The notes: generated by a model not told the origin, from the letters alone. A stretch of 64,000 nucleotides of DNA from Eledone cirrhosa (GCA_964016885.1 OZ024759.1:10292001-10356000); one strand, 5' to 3'. Positions 36,728 through 49,389 are shown, counted from the first letter of the stretch. Program-made: numbers and translations.

Positions 36728-36941
36728 CAGGCTGTTTCAAAAAATGTAATATCATTTGAGATGTAAATATCCCAGAAACTACAAGGTCTAGGACAACGAG
36801 ACTAAGCGGGCTCCATGTTGAGTAACACAAGATTTATTCTTTAAAACATGTCCACGTTATAACATTAATTCAAAATATATATTTCAATATATATTTCAAT
36901 GTGACAACCTTGGCAACAGGCCATTGTTTTGAAACACCCTG
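36728..36941. mobile_element. Tc1/mariner-like MITE
   Basis: TA|CAGGCTGTTTCAAAAAATG ... CATTGTTTTGAAACACCCTG|TA. Confidence 0.78.
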
Positions 36942-36956
36942 TATATATATATCTAA

Positions 36957-37205
36957 AGTCTGTCTCAAGCCCAGAGGCTCATCAGGTCAGTGACTGAGGG
37001 TACAAGACTCCCCCCTGGACAGGATGCCAGCCCATCATAGGGTTAAACCCCCAGTTGTTGCTGGTACTCATTTTCAGCTGAATATACTGGAGCAATGTGA
37101 AATGAAGTGTTTTGCTCCAGAACACAACACACAACCTGGCCCAGGAATCGAACCCATAACATGATGGCTGTTAGTCCAACACTCTTACCACTAGGCCTCA
37201 CATAC
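36957..37205 (-). mobile_element. Older CORE-type SINE
   Basis: CAGCTGA...CTGGAGCAATGTGAAATGAAGTGT...GGAATCGAACCC: reverse CORE and box B. Confidence 0.72.
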
Positions 37206-37228
37206 ACTTGTATTAATTATACTAATTA

Positions 37229-37415
37229 GGGGTGGATTGGCAGTATCGGTAGAGGGTCGGACGCCATGCTTTCCAGCATAGTTACGTCCCTTTACGATCT
37301 GAGTTCAAATCCCGCCGAGGTTGACTTTGCCTTTCATCCTTACGGGGGTCGATAAAATAAAGTACCAGTAATGCACTGGGTAATTGCTGGCCTTGTGCCT
37401 AAAGTAGAAACAATT
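37229..37415 (+). mobile_element. SINE B copy
   Basis: Near-consensus family B. Confidence 0.87.
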
Positions 37416-37680
37416 AATTGCACTAATTAGGGAGTTGTAAATTAATTTGTTTCATTTCAGCTAGCAGCGAGGGGGGGGGGGGATTCTATAATACAGTTAT
37501 GTTTGATTTGTGAGTAGTAGTAGTAGTAACTCCTAGGTCAGTTGCCATGGACAGGAAGTGCAGGAGGACTTTCAGTGGTGGGGAGGGTAAAATGTAATTG
37601 CTTATTTATCATTGTATATGGGAGACTAAGTAAATATCTATTTTTGTTCAGAGTAAGACCATATATACATATATATCTAT

Positions 37681-37741
<61 letters not shown>

Positions 37742-37794
37742 ATATCTAACGTTTTTTGAAATATCCAGTTCCGCGTTTACAGATTGACTTTGTT

Positions 37795-37845
37795 AGTTTC
37801 AGAAGATCCCGTTAAGGGTGAAAGCAGCGATTCTTTGCTTAAACT
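37795..37845 (+). ncRNA. Degenerate hammerhead motif, probably inactive
   Basis: AGTTT-CAGAAGA-TCCC-gttaa-GGGT-GAAA-GCA..TGCT-T-AAACT: stems I and III pair, but U4 is replaced by A. Confidence 0.45.
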
Positions 37846-38483
37846 TTAATCTGTTATTTTAATAAATATCTATTATATATATATATATATATCTATTATA
37901 TATATATATATATCTATTATATATATATATATCTATTATATATATATATATATATATGTGTGTATCATGACTTGTGCACTGTTCATTTTACTGATGTTTG
38001 TGCATTGCCCTATGTACTGTACATGTGACTTTTTTGATGAGTTGTGGTGCACCTGGGCACTGTACACAATATTTCATTATTGTTATTATTATTATATCAT
38101 GACTCATACACTGTTCATTTTCCTGACATTTGTACATTATTCTATGTACTATACATGCACCTTTGATAAGTTGTAGTGCACCTGAGCACTGTACACAATA
38201 ATTTCATTATTATTATTATTATTATAAAGATTTAGATATACATAAAGTCACAGATATATATGTGGCAACCTGTCACGATGTGACTCAATGTAGAATTAAT
38301 AAATTAAATAATCAGAGCAATATATCATAAATCATGTCCTTAGAATTAATAGATAAAATATATACTATTTCCTCTCCCAATTACATAATTAACCATATAA
38401 AAAATCAATTAGACCAGGCTATAAGAATAAAAGCTCCTGTGAAGAAATATTTGATAAATAACCAAAATATATATATTATATAT

Positions 38484-38790
38484 ATAAAGTTAAATAAAAG
38501 TCAAATGATTAAAATTTAGCTTCGTTTATTACTGCTATATATATTTCAGTGACAGCCATCTTTGGCTGTGACCTCTTCAGGCAGTTTGAATTAGTATGGT
38601 ATAGACAAGTACTAATTCAAACTGCATGAAGAGGTCACAGTCAAAGATGGCTGTCACTGAAATATATATAGCAGTAATAAACGAAGCTAAATTTTAATCA
38701 TTTGACTTTTATTTAACTTTATTTTACACTACTCCGGAGTAACCAAACCAACCTGCGCACTTCGTCGAGTGCTCCAGACTTCATACTGAG
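38484..38790. mobile_element. PLE-like remnant: ~113-bp-arm palindrome (38484-38596 / 38610-38722) plus tail
   Basis: Near-perfect inverted repeat with a hammerhead motif in each arm. Confidence 0.78.
38532..38584 (-). ncRNA. Minimal type-I hammerhead ribozyme motif with intact core
   Basis: The reverse strand reads CTGC-CTGAAGA-GGTCACAGCC-aaagat-GGCTGTCACT-GAAA-TATATAT-A-GCAG. The + strand copy at 38622-38674 has C3>A. Confidence 0.75.
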
Positions 38791-38829
38791 GTGTTGGTAT
38801 ACACCCAACATATACTCAAAATCTATATA

Positions 38830-38863
<34 letters not shown>

Positions 38864-39058
38864 ACGGAAGAAATGTGGTAAGGAACCAGGTGGACAACGC
38901 ACCAAAGTACTCAATACTTAGGGTAGTAGAGTGGGTAATAGGAACGAGTAAGACCTCGACGGCTGAGCTCAAGCCGTTTCGACAGCTAATTCTGTACTCC
39001 AGAGTCCAGAATTAGCCGTCGAAACAGCTTTAGCTCAGCAGTCGGGGTCTTACTCGTT

Positions 39059-39061
<3 letters not shown>
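38864..39061 (-). mobile_element. Second copy of the fold-back PLE-like remnant of 19453
   Basis: Same tail and palindrome, flanked by (TA)n. Confidence 0.7.
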
Positions 39062-39106
<45 letters not shown>

Positions 39107-39450
39107 AATATAATTTCAGCGAGATCGTAATTCAGCAGTGGCCAAAAACAAAACGAAACGCAATCTTCGAGATATGCGGCAAGTGCTCAATGGACTAAAA
39201 GAAGACCAGAGCAATTAACATATGTTATAGAGGCCAGACAAAATGAAAACAGTGGTTGTGAAGCCATATATATCATCATCATCATCATATCGCCAAGATA
39301 ACAAAAAAAATCTTACCTTACTTACTTTGTTATCTTGGTGATTTAATGTTCTTCTTAATGCATTGTTTGGTTTTCAAAATTATTTAAATTTGTTTTCCCT
39401 ATTTAACAATACTTCAAGCAAGCTACAAAACTCTGTTATATATATATATA

Positions 39451-39842
39451 AGGTGCATGGCTTAATGGTTAGAGCATTGGGCTTGCAATCGAAAGGTTGT
39501 GAGTTCAATTCTCGGACCGAGTGATGTGTTGTTTCCTTGAGCAAGACACTTTATTTCGCATTGCTCCAGTTTACTCAGCTGTAGAAATGAGATGATAGGG
39601 ACTGGGGTCCCTATCATTCCACTGCAAAGTGGTTGTGGAGGTGCCATGGCAAAAAAAAAAGCACCCAGCCCACACTGTAAATGAGATTGGTGTTAGGAAA
39701 GGCATCCAGCTGTAGAAATCAAGCCAGAATCAGTTCCCATATGAGCAAGACAAGGTCAGCCGACCGGACACTGCTCACAACAGGACAACCCGTCTAACCC
39801 AAGCTAGCATGGAAGAACAGACGTAAAACGGTCATGATGATA
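39451..39842 (+). mobile_element. SINE family A copy (type 1 tail)
   Basis: Full head, CORE and tail. Confidence 0.88.
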
Positions 39843-39847
39843 TATAT

Positions 39848-40285
39848 AGCAAAGAATTTAATGTGCAGGTTGGTGTCCACCAAGGCTCAGTTCTTAACCC
39901 ACTCCTGTTTATCATCATCCTACAGGCAATAATGGGGGTGTTTAAGACTGGTTGCCCTTGGGAACTTCTGTATGCTGATGACCTAACCGTTATAGCTGAA
40001 TCTGTAACTGAATTAGAGATGAACTTCCAAACCTGAAAGTATGGCCTGGAATCTAAAGAGTAAAGTTCTAGTAAGTAGAAAGGTTAACAGGGCCCAGATC
40101 CGCTCAGGGAAATGGCCTTACTCAGTATGCAGAAAAGGAGTAGGTAGGAATTCCATACTATGTCCCAAGTGCAAGCTATGGGTACACAAGAGATGTAGTG
40201 AGATCCCAGGCAGGCTAACAAAGGCTGTAGGTTTTTACATGCAGTCGGTGCACAGGAAAAATAAGTAGCAAGAGCTCTGAAGATA
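39848..40285 (+). mobile_element. RTE reverse-transcriptase fragment (pseudogenised)
   Basis: VGVHQGSVLNPLLFIII...FKTGCPWELLYADDL, then a stop and frameshift; homologous to 61750-62190. Confidence 0.9.
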
Positions 40286-40615
40286 CAATCACCTTGTGGT
40301 TGGTGTTAGGAAGGGCATCGAACCCTAGAAGCCAAGCCAAATCAGTTCTGTGTGAGCGACTCCCGGTCGCCCGACCTGATCCCTCACAAAGGGACAACCC
40401 GTCCTACCCATCCTACCCATCCTAGTGTGGAAGGTGGACGTTAAACAATGATGATGATATATATATAGTTGATGCAGGGGCTGGCCATCGAAGAACCCCC
40501 CCCCCCCCCCCCATCCAGCTGAGCCCCTGTATCAAGAAAAGAAAATCTTTTTCGAGGAAGTTATTGGATTTCTCTAAAAGTTTTTTTAGGAACTTTGATT
40601 GTTTTTAGAGGTTTT

Positions 40616-40674
40616 GCCGTCTGAAGAGCTCAGGCTATCTAAACTGATAGTCCTCAGTGAAATATGTATAATGC
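40616..40674 (+). ncRNA. Minimal hammerhead ribozyme motif
   Basis: CGT-CTGAAGA-GCTCAGGCTATC-taaact-GATAGTCCTCAGT-GAAA-TATGTAT-A-ATG; stem I is weak. Confidence 0.58.
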
Positions 40675-42255
40675 AGTTTTAAATAAACCTGAATCAACTG
40701 AATATTGCCTCCGATCTTTTATTAATATATAATGCTCCAACTTGCACCATTTATACAGGTCGTTGAGCACTACTTTTTATCTGCTTCACAACTGACTGAC
40801 CATAATGTGGTTCGCACATCCCTGTTTGGTTAACACCTTACTCTAAATATATATAAGAATCCAGCTTCTATAATTTTCAGGAAAAAGGCAAGGGAGTGTG
40901 TGGTTTTGATAAAAGCCAGACAGACTGTCAGCCTCTCTCCCTGCCTTTGCCGAAAATAAGTAAGTGACATAGTCACTGCTTTAAATCTGATCGTGAATGG
41001 TCTTCTCAATGTTTTTAATTAAACATACGGTATATTGCCAACTATACAAACATTCACATATGTTTATATATATATATATGTGTGTGTCCGCATGTATCTG
41101 TGTGTTTCTAATTATATTGTTAATAACTCCCTCTGGTCGAGCAATCTTTGAAGTGTGGGGACAGCTGGAAGGCTTCCATTACTCATACTTCTCGCCTTCT
41201 TCACCACCTCTTCTACGGCCTCGATATAAATACCCCCTCCGCCTCCGTGGTATTTTCTTCGGGGTTATAAGAGGCTTAGCTCTGTTTCTCGACCGTTATA
41301 TCGCGTGACTATCTCCCCCTCCGCCTTTTGGGATTCTTTCTCACGTCGTGTAGACGCGTTCTTGAGACTAGTAAAATGAGGTATCCTCTTGATAAGTCGG
41401 CAGACCTCGCAAGGACTCTATATCTTTATGATATATTGTTTTTGTTTATGCCACGAAACTACGTAGTCGAGGAATTTAGGAGCAGTTTAGGTATGATACA
41501 TTTTATTACTAATTATATCTAAATGTTTCTTCTCTCTTCATAATGTATTTTTAACTCTGATACTGGTTCAGTCTAGTTCAACTGAATTGGTCTGTCCCAG
41601 TCATTCATTGAGCAACATCGGTGAAGTTGGCACCCTTAACTCACAGTTGGGTGCGGATGCATTCATGTATATATGTGTGTGTCCGCATGTATCTGTGTGT
41701 TTCTAATTATATTATATATATATATATATATATATGTAGATAAATCTACCAAAAGAATACGGTAGTGTCCAATCCGTATGAAGAACTCAATGTAATCCGG
41801 ATATCATGAAAAGAAGAGATGCATTCAAAAATCACCTTCGGTGAAAGATAAACGGAAAACAGAGTCAAGATAAATTATTTAGATAAATTATTTAGTTTAT
41901 TTCTGAAGACAGCATATATATGTGAAGGTATGTATATTCTCTCTGATAGTTTGTATAATTTTGTACATAGATCTTTTGAATATGCATGCCAATTCTAACA
42001 CATATATGTTCTAGAAACGATCGTAAAATAATGAATTTTTTTTTGTTTAATATAAGGAACTGTTTCTTTGTTTATTCATTATTTTTTTAATAATTTATAT
42101 ATATATATCAACTAGAAACTGATTGACATTTATATATATATATCTAAAATAAACATATGAAACAATCACGGGGAATAATTTGAGCATATTCTACAGTGGA
42201 TATGGCGCATGTCCCTCGGACATGACACCCTTAATTTAATTTTGGATATATATAT

Positions 42256-42560
42256 CATCATCATCATCACCGTTTTACATCCATTCTTCCACGCTAGCAT
42301 GGGTTAGACAGGTTGTTCCTGGTCGGCTGACCATGTCTTGCTCATACGGGAACTGATTCTGGATTGATTTCTACAGCTGGATGCCCTTCCTAACACCAAC
42401 CTCATTTACAGTGAGTGCTGGGTGCTTTTTTGCCGTGGCACCTTCACCACCACTTTGCAGTGGAATGATAGGGACCCCAGTCCCTATCATCTCATTTCTA
42501 CAGCTGAGTAAACTGGAGCAATGTGAAATAAAGTGTCTTGCTCAAGGAAACAACACAACA
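42256..42560 (-). mobile_element. SINE family A, 5'-truncated
   Basis: Reverse tail and CORE. Confidence 0.85.
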
Positions 42561-42960
42561 ACACACACAGCATATATATATATATATCTATATATATATA
42601 TATATATATAGGAAAAGTGTCAAGACCCCGACGGCTGAGCTCCGGCTGTTTCGAAAGCTAGATCCGAATATATATATATAAAATGATGATGATGATGATA
42701 TATATATACAGTGCAACCTCGGTTCATAAACAAATCAGTTCACAAACAATTTTTCCAAACATAAAACGTCTCAGTTGATGAACAGTGTCTCGAGTAATGA
42801 ACACACAAGCTGGCAACATTTGGTTGGCAACAAGCTGGGAGTATTGGTGGGAATGTTACTATGGTGATATGTCTTTCACACCCACAGTCTCTCTCTCACT
42901 GTATTTCTCTCAGTATAGGAAAAAATAGTTTTGGTTTACGAACATTTCGAGTGATGAAAG

Positions 42961-43002
<42 letters not shown>

Positions 43003-43034
43003 TGCTGCCGGGGGCCCTCTTACCCTCCCCACTA

Positions 43035-43925
43035 GACCAGGGTTTGATGGGGGAACTAGTTTAGTCGCTGACCTCTTGACCATGAAGCAGGTTGTACTGG
43101 GTTACGTGGTACCAGACAGAAGCCTAACTTGACCAGACCAGGGTTTGGTGGGGGAGCTAGTTTAGTCGCTGACTTCTTGACCACAAAGCAGGTTGTACTG
43201 GGTAACATGGTAGCAGGCAGAAGCCTAACTTGACCAGACCAGGGTTTGGTGGGGGAGCTAGTTTAGTGGCTGACCTCTTGACCATGAAGCAGGTTGTACT
43301 GGGTTACGTGGTACCAGACAGAAGCCTAACTTGACCAGACCAGGGTTTGGTGGGGGAGCTAGTTTAGTCGCTGACTTCTTGACCACAAAGCAGGTTGTAC
43401 TGGGTAACATGGTAGCAGGCAGAAGCCTAACTTGACCAGACCAGGGTTTGGTGGGGGAGCTAGTTTAGTGGCTGACCTCTTGACCATGAAGCGGGTTGTA
43501 CTGGGTCATATGGTAGCAGGCAGAAGCCTAACTTGACCAGACCAGGGTTTGGTGGGGGAGCTAGTTTAGTGGCTGACCTCTTGACCACAAAGCAGGTTGT
43601 ACAGGGGTCACATGGTAGCAGGCAGAAGCCTAACTTGACCAGACCAGGGTTTGGTGGGGGAGCTAGTTTAGTGGCTGACCTCTTGACCTAAAAGCGGGTT
43701 GTACTGGGTCATATGGTAGCAGGCAGAAGCCTAACTTGACCAGACCAGGGTTTGGTGGGGGAGCTAGTTTAGTGGCTGACCTCTTGACCACAAAGCAGGT
43801 TGTACTGGGTCACATGGTAGCAGGCAGAAGCCTAACTTGACCAGACCAGGGTTTGGCGGGGGAGCTAGTTTAGTCGCTGACCTCTTGACCATGAAGCAGG
43901 TTGTACTGGGTCACATGGTACCAGT
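43035..43925. repeat. 101-bp tandem repeat (~9 copies)
   Basis: GACCAGGGTTTG recurs at 43035, 43136 and onward with period 101. Confidence 0.95.
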
Positions 43926-43960
43926 AGTAGACTTACACACAAATAAATACAATAAATGTT

Positions 43961-44507
43961 TTAGAAATACTTTACTCTGTTACTCACAGGGTGTTCAACT
44001 CTCCAGTTGTGTAGTTACTATAAAGTTGTTTGTAGTTGAGAGCAAGACCTTGTGTGTAGTACAAACATTACACTCAAGGTAGAAATACTTTACTCTGCTA
44101 CTCACATGGTGTTCAAACCCTTGTGTGTAGTACAAACATTACACTCAAGGTAGAAATACTTTACTCTGCTACTCACAGGGTGTTCAACTCTCCAGTTGTG
44201 TAGTTACTATAAAGTTGTTTGTAGTTGTGAGCAAGGCCTTATGTGTAGTACAAACATTACACTCAAGGTAGAAATACTTTACTCTGCTACTCACAGGGTG
44301 TTCAACTCTCCAGTTGTGTAGTTACTATAAAGTTGTTTGTAGTTGTGAGCAAGGCCTTGTGTGTAGTACAAACATTACACTCAAGGTAGAAATACTTTAC
44401 TCTGCTACTCACATGGTGTTCAACTCTCCAGTTGTGTAGTTACTATAAAGTTGTTTGTAGTTGTGATCAAGACCTTGTGTGTAGTACAAACATTACACTC
44501 AAGGTAG
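43961..44507. repeat. 118-bp tandem repeat (4 full copies and 1 internally deleted copy)
   Basis: TAGAAATACTTTACTCTG recurs at 44151, 44269 and 44387. Confidence 0.93.
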
Positions 44508-44704
44508 CTGTGGGTTTAAAAATAGTGAGAAGCATTTAATAATAACTAAAGGGCTTTTATCTAATAACACAGGTAATGATAGTGGGGGTAGGGTAGCTAC
44601 AACCTGGCTGACAGGTTGTTTTAATAAAGAGGGTTGTAAGAGGACTAGAAGGCTGCTTCTGCTAAACAGTGTGAATGGTACATAGCTAAGTGAATGGTTT
44701 ACAC

Positions 44705-45277
44705 CAGAGGTTCTTAAACTGTTTTGGGTCACTGCCCCCCCCCCCCCTCACAGCCATATAATACCCTCACCACCCACCAAACCTATTTCCAGTGAGACCT
44801 ACCTACACGCAAATTGTAAATAATATATAATAAATAAAATAGTTTATATATAATAAATAATATAATATATACTATATATATAGTGAAGGCGTGTGGCTGA
44901 GTGGTTAGAGAATTGGATTCACAATGTTGAGGTTGTGAGTTTGATTCCTGGACCGTGCTATGTGTTATGTCCTTGAGCAAGACACTTTATTTCACGTTGC
45001 TCCTTCTTCATGGAGTTGTGACTGCTAGATAGTACTAGCAATTGGAAAGACCGACGAAAACATTGTTTCGTCGGTCTGATTTGATGAAAGTCGATCGATC
45101 TTTTTATACTATGTATAAATAAATATATATTTTATTTTACTATATTTATATACAATACGTATCATTTGCTATTTAATATACTATTATATCATCTCTACCC
45201 CCCTTCCCCCTTGAGCCCCAGCACCCTACTCTACCTTCCCAATGCCCACGGGGGGGGGGGGGAGTAACACCCACTGT
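44705..45277 (+). mobile_element. hAT-like MITE (relative of 13499-14507) with a nested CORE SINE at 44885-45095
   Basis: CAGAGGTTCTTAAACT start; shares internal CCTATTTCCAG(A/T)GAG..CCTACAC.CAAATTGTAAAT. Confidence 0.7.
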
Positions 45278-45801
45278 ACACAGACAGACAGACAGACACA
45301 CACACACAGACCGACTTGCTTTTATATATATAGATTATATTTTGAAATGAATTATAAATCAAATACTTCTTCACCCACTTATTCCTGAGAAGGTGGGGGG
45401 GGGGGGGGGGGGGCAGAGTCCTTCCTGTCAGAAGCAACCATCTCCAACTGATCCAGCTGGATCTCCAAGCGTGACCAGCCAAGCTCATGGATGTTATCCA
45501 ACCATTTTGGTTTACATAATATAGAATTCAACACGTATGTGTTTGTGAGCTAAACATAAAAAGATCAACACATTTGACAGTTTTTTTTTTTGTGAGTTTA
45601 TTAAACACGAATCAATACAATTATTTAAATTCTGTTGTGATGGTTCTATTGACTTAAGTTTTATAACATTCATTTGATGGCATCATACAGTGTACTAGAG
45701 CAGCGGTTACCAACATTTTGGACATCAACGGACCACTAAATTCATTATTTTAAATCCTGTGCACCACTAATATGAATTTTTTTAAAAAAGATAAATACAT
45801 T

Positions 45802-47327
45802 TGTGTAAAATACTGACCAGAGAACTTCCATTTTATTAAACAATACTGAAGTGTACCTGTGTCATATTGTCACTAGATGATATATATGTGTAAAATACTG
45901 ACCTGAGAACTTCCATTTTATTAAGCAATACTGAAGTGTACCTGTGTCATATTGTCACTAGATGATATATATGTGTAAAATACTGACCAGAGAACTTCCA
46001 TTTTATTAAACAATACTGAAGTGTACCTGTGTCATATTGTCACTAGATGATATATATGTGTAAAATACTGACCTGAGAACTTCCATTTTATTAAACAATA
46101 CTGAAGTGTACATGTGTCATATTGTCAATAGATGATATATATGTGTAAAATACTGACCAGAGAACTTCTATTTTATTAAACAATACTGAAGTGTACCTGT
46201 GTCATATTGTCACTAGATGATATATATGTGTAAAATACTGACCAGAGAACTTCCACTTTATTAAACAATACTGAAGTGTACCTGTGTCATATTGTCACTA
46301 GATGATAAATATGTGTAAAATACTGACCAGAGAACTTCCACTTTATTAAACAATACTGAAGTGTACCTGTGTCATATTGTCACTAGATGATAAATATGTG
46401 TAAAATACTGACCAGAGAACTTCCACTTTATTAAACAATACTGAAGTGTACATGTGTCATATTGTTGATAGATGATAAATATGTGTAAAATACTGACCAG
46501 AGAACTTCTATTTTATTAAACAATACTGAAGTGTACCTGTCATATTGTCAATATATGATAAATATGTGTAAAATACTGACCAGAGAACTTCCATTTTATT
46601 AAACAATACTGAAGTGTACATGTGTCATATTGTCAATAGATGATAAATATGCGTAAAATACTGACCAGAGAACTTCTATTTTATTAAACAATACTGAAGT
46701 GTACCTGTGACATATTGTCAATATATGATACATATGTGTAAAATACTGACCAGAGAACTTCTATATTATTAAACAATACTGAAGTGTACATGTGACATAT
46801 TGTCACTAGATGATATATATGTGTAAAATACTGACCAGAGAACTTTTATTTTATTAAACAATACTGAAGTGTACCTGTGACATATTGTCACTAGATGATA
46901 TATAGGTGTAAAATACTGACCAGAGAACTTCTATTTTATTCAACAATACTGAAGTGTACCTGTGTCATATTGTCACTAGATGATACATATGTGTAAAATA
47001 ATGACCAGAGAACTTTTATTTTATTAAACAATACTGAAGTGTACCTGTGTCATATTGTCAATATATGATAAATACATTTGTAAAATACTGACCAGAGAAC
47101 TTCTATTTTATTAAACAATACTGAAGTGTACCTGTGTCATATTGTCACTAGATGATACATATGTGTAAAATACTGACCAGAGAACTTCTATTTTATTAAA
47201 CAATACTGAAGTGTACCTGTGTCATATTGTCAATATATGATACATATGTGTAAAATACTGACCAGAGAACTATTTTATTAAACAATACTGAAGTGTACCT
47301 GTGACATATTGTCAATAGCTGATATAT
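45802..47327. repeat. 85-bp tandem repeat (~18 copies)
   Basis: TGTGTAAAATACTGACC recurs at 45802, 45887 and onward. Confidence 0.96.
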
Positions 47328-47328
47328 G

Positions 47329-47478
47329 CCGTATTTCCCGGTGTCGATAAAAATAAGTCTCAATCTACCATGCGTCCTGGACGCCAAAGGTTGTTTATTT
47401 TTTTTTTTTCAAATTTTTGGTTGTGTAAATTAGGGTGCATCCTCGAGGACAAAGCGTCTTTGGTGCCGGGAAATGTGG
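47329..47478. mobile_element. pogo/Tigger-like MITE inserted in the last 85-bp unit
   Basis: CCGTATTTCCCGG ... CCGGGAAATGTGG|TA; the unit resumes with TGTGTAAAAT. Confidence 0.72.
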
Positions 47479-47639
47479 TATGTGTAAAATTCTTTCAAGG
47501 ATGTTAGTTCTTTACTTAGGAGAAACATTGTGTAGGGTGTTATAAAATATATTTTAACCGAATATTATTTTTGATTTATTATTAATAAAAGATAAAAATT
47601 GTACATAATGCGAACCATCAAAATTTTCTCTCGGACCAT

Positions 47640-48331
47640 CAGTGGTCACCAACCACTGGTGGTCACCAACCACTGGTGGTCACCAACCATTGGCGGTCAC
47701 CAACTACTGGTGGTCACCAACCACCAGTGGCCACCAACCGCCGGTGGTCACCAACCACTGGTGGTCACCAACCACTGGTGGTCACCAACCACTGGTGGTC
47801 ACCAACCACCAGTGGTCACCGACCACTAGTGGTCACCGACCACTAGTGGTCACCAACCACTAGTGGTCACCAACCACTAGTGGTCACCAACCACTGGTGG
47901 TCACCAACCACTGGTGGTCACCAACCACTGGTGGTCACCAACCACTGGTGGTCACCAACCACTGGTGGTCACCAACCACTGGTGGTCACCAACCACTGGT
48001 GGTCACCAACCACTGGTGGTCACCAACCACTGGGGTGGTCACCAACCACTGGGGTGGTCACCAACCACCGGTGGTCACCAACTACCGGTGGTCACCAACC
48101 ATTGGTGGTCACCAACCACTGGTGGTCACCAACCATTGGTGGTCACCAACCACCGGTGGTCACCAACTACCGGTGGTCACCAACCATTGGTGGTCACCAA
48201 CTACCGGTGGTCACCAACCATTGGTGGTCACCAACTACCGGTGGCCACCAACCACTGGTGGCCACCAACCGCCGGTGGCCACCAACCGCCGGTGGCCACC
48301 AACCGCCGGTGGCCACCAACCGCCGGTGGTC
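47640..48331. repeat. 17-bp minisatellite GGTCACCAACCACTGGT (~40 copies)
   Basis: Period 17; three staggered stop-free ORFs. Confidence 0.95.
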
Positions 48332-48871
48332 ATAGAACTAAACAAAGTAACTTGCCATTGGTAAATAAGGGTGAGCCTCATACAGTGGCTCTCTTAATTG
48401 GTCCTTGAAGGTGGTTCCCTATTGGGACATCACATTCATCATCATCACTATGAGATTGTCACTATGTCAAGAGCACCAATCAGCACTGGGACAACGGTGA
48501 CTGTCTTCACTTCGAAATCTCATATTTTAGCTCAGTCTCAACACCTAGTTTCTCCCCATTCCATTCTGATGATGATGAAAGGACACGCTACATCTATGAG
48601 GGGGACAGACTCTTTCCTCTGTCTGAGCATGTGACACATAGCCAATCCTGGCCAGACCTGCCTCCCATCGTGGATGACCCGTCTAACCCATGCAAGTATG
48701 GTAAAATTGACATTAAATGGTGATGATTCATATTCATTAGCACCGTCATAATCTTATTAACACTGGATCATTTGACTCTATCAAGTTATGTAACCCCATA
48801 ATGGGGTTACATGACTGACAGATGGACAGAATATTTGCTGTTACCAAAACTGTTGTTTTCTGCAATGTCAT

Positions 48872-49050
48872 AATTGTTTCTACGTTAGGCACAAGGCCAG
48901 CAATTACCCAGTGCATTACTGGTACTTTATTTTATCGACCCCGTAAGGATGAAAGGCAAAGTCAACCTCGGCGGGATTTGAACTCAGATCGTAAAGGGAC
49001 GTAACTATGCTGGAAAGCATGGCGCCTGACCCTCTACCGATACTGCCAAA
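48872..49050 (-). mobile_element. SINE B copy
   Basis: Reverse family B. Confidence 0.87.
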
Positions 49051-49054
49051 TGTC

Positions 49055-49388
49055 ATAATGCTGGGAATGGTTCCAATTCTGTGAAGTTTTTTCTGGAGGT
49101 TTCTGTCACCGACCCAACTGCGTCAATCACAGTTGGTACTATTTTTGCTTTCATATTCCACATTCTCTCGACATCTGTTCTCAAGTCTGCATAGTTTACA
49201 ATATTCTCATTTTCTTTACCATTGATGTAATGGTCTCCTGGGCAAGCTACACCAACAAACACCCCATTTCTCCACCTAGTATGACCTTGTATTTTCAAGA
49301 ACTCTATCTGTCTGGATTGTAAAGTCCCACAAGAATTTTTACAGCCTAATTTTCTAGGACCTTCTCTGGTTTGTGCTCATACCATCTC
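49055..49388 (-). mobile_element. R4/Dong-like non-LTR element fragment (restriction-like endonuclease region)
   Basis: WYEHKPEKVLEN*AVKIL/WDFTIQTDR...VACPGD...YADLRTDVERMWNMKAKIVPTVIDAVG. A second remnant (VTVVPVLIGAL) lies at 48455-48545. Confidence 0.78.
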
Positions 49389-49389
49389 T

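Larger units (their letters stand above)
45702..48330. mobile_element. hAT-like MITE inflated by an 85-bp array, a nested pogo-like MITE and a 17-bp array
   Basis: Left end CAGCGGTTACCAAC...CGGACCAC; right subterminal CGGACCATCAGTGGTC runs into the 17-bp array. The right TIR is not identifiable. Confidence 0.5.

Noticed and set aside
41902-41935. CTGAAGA...TGAAG hammerhead-like motif
   Set aside because: The GAAA box is broken and stems I and III cannot be formed.
47599-48408. Overlapping WWSPTTGGHQPLVVTNH ORFs
   Set aside because: A stop-free 17-bp repeat read in three frames.
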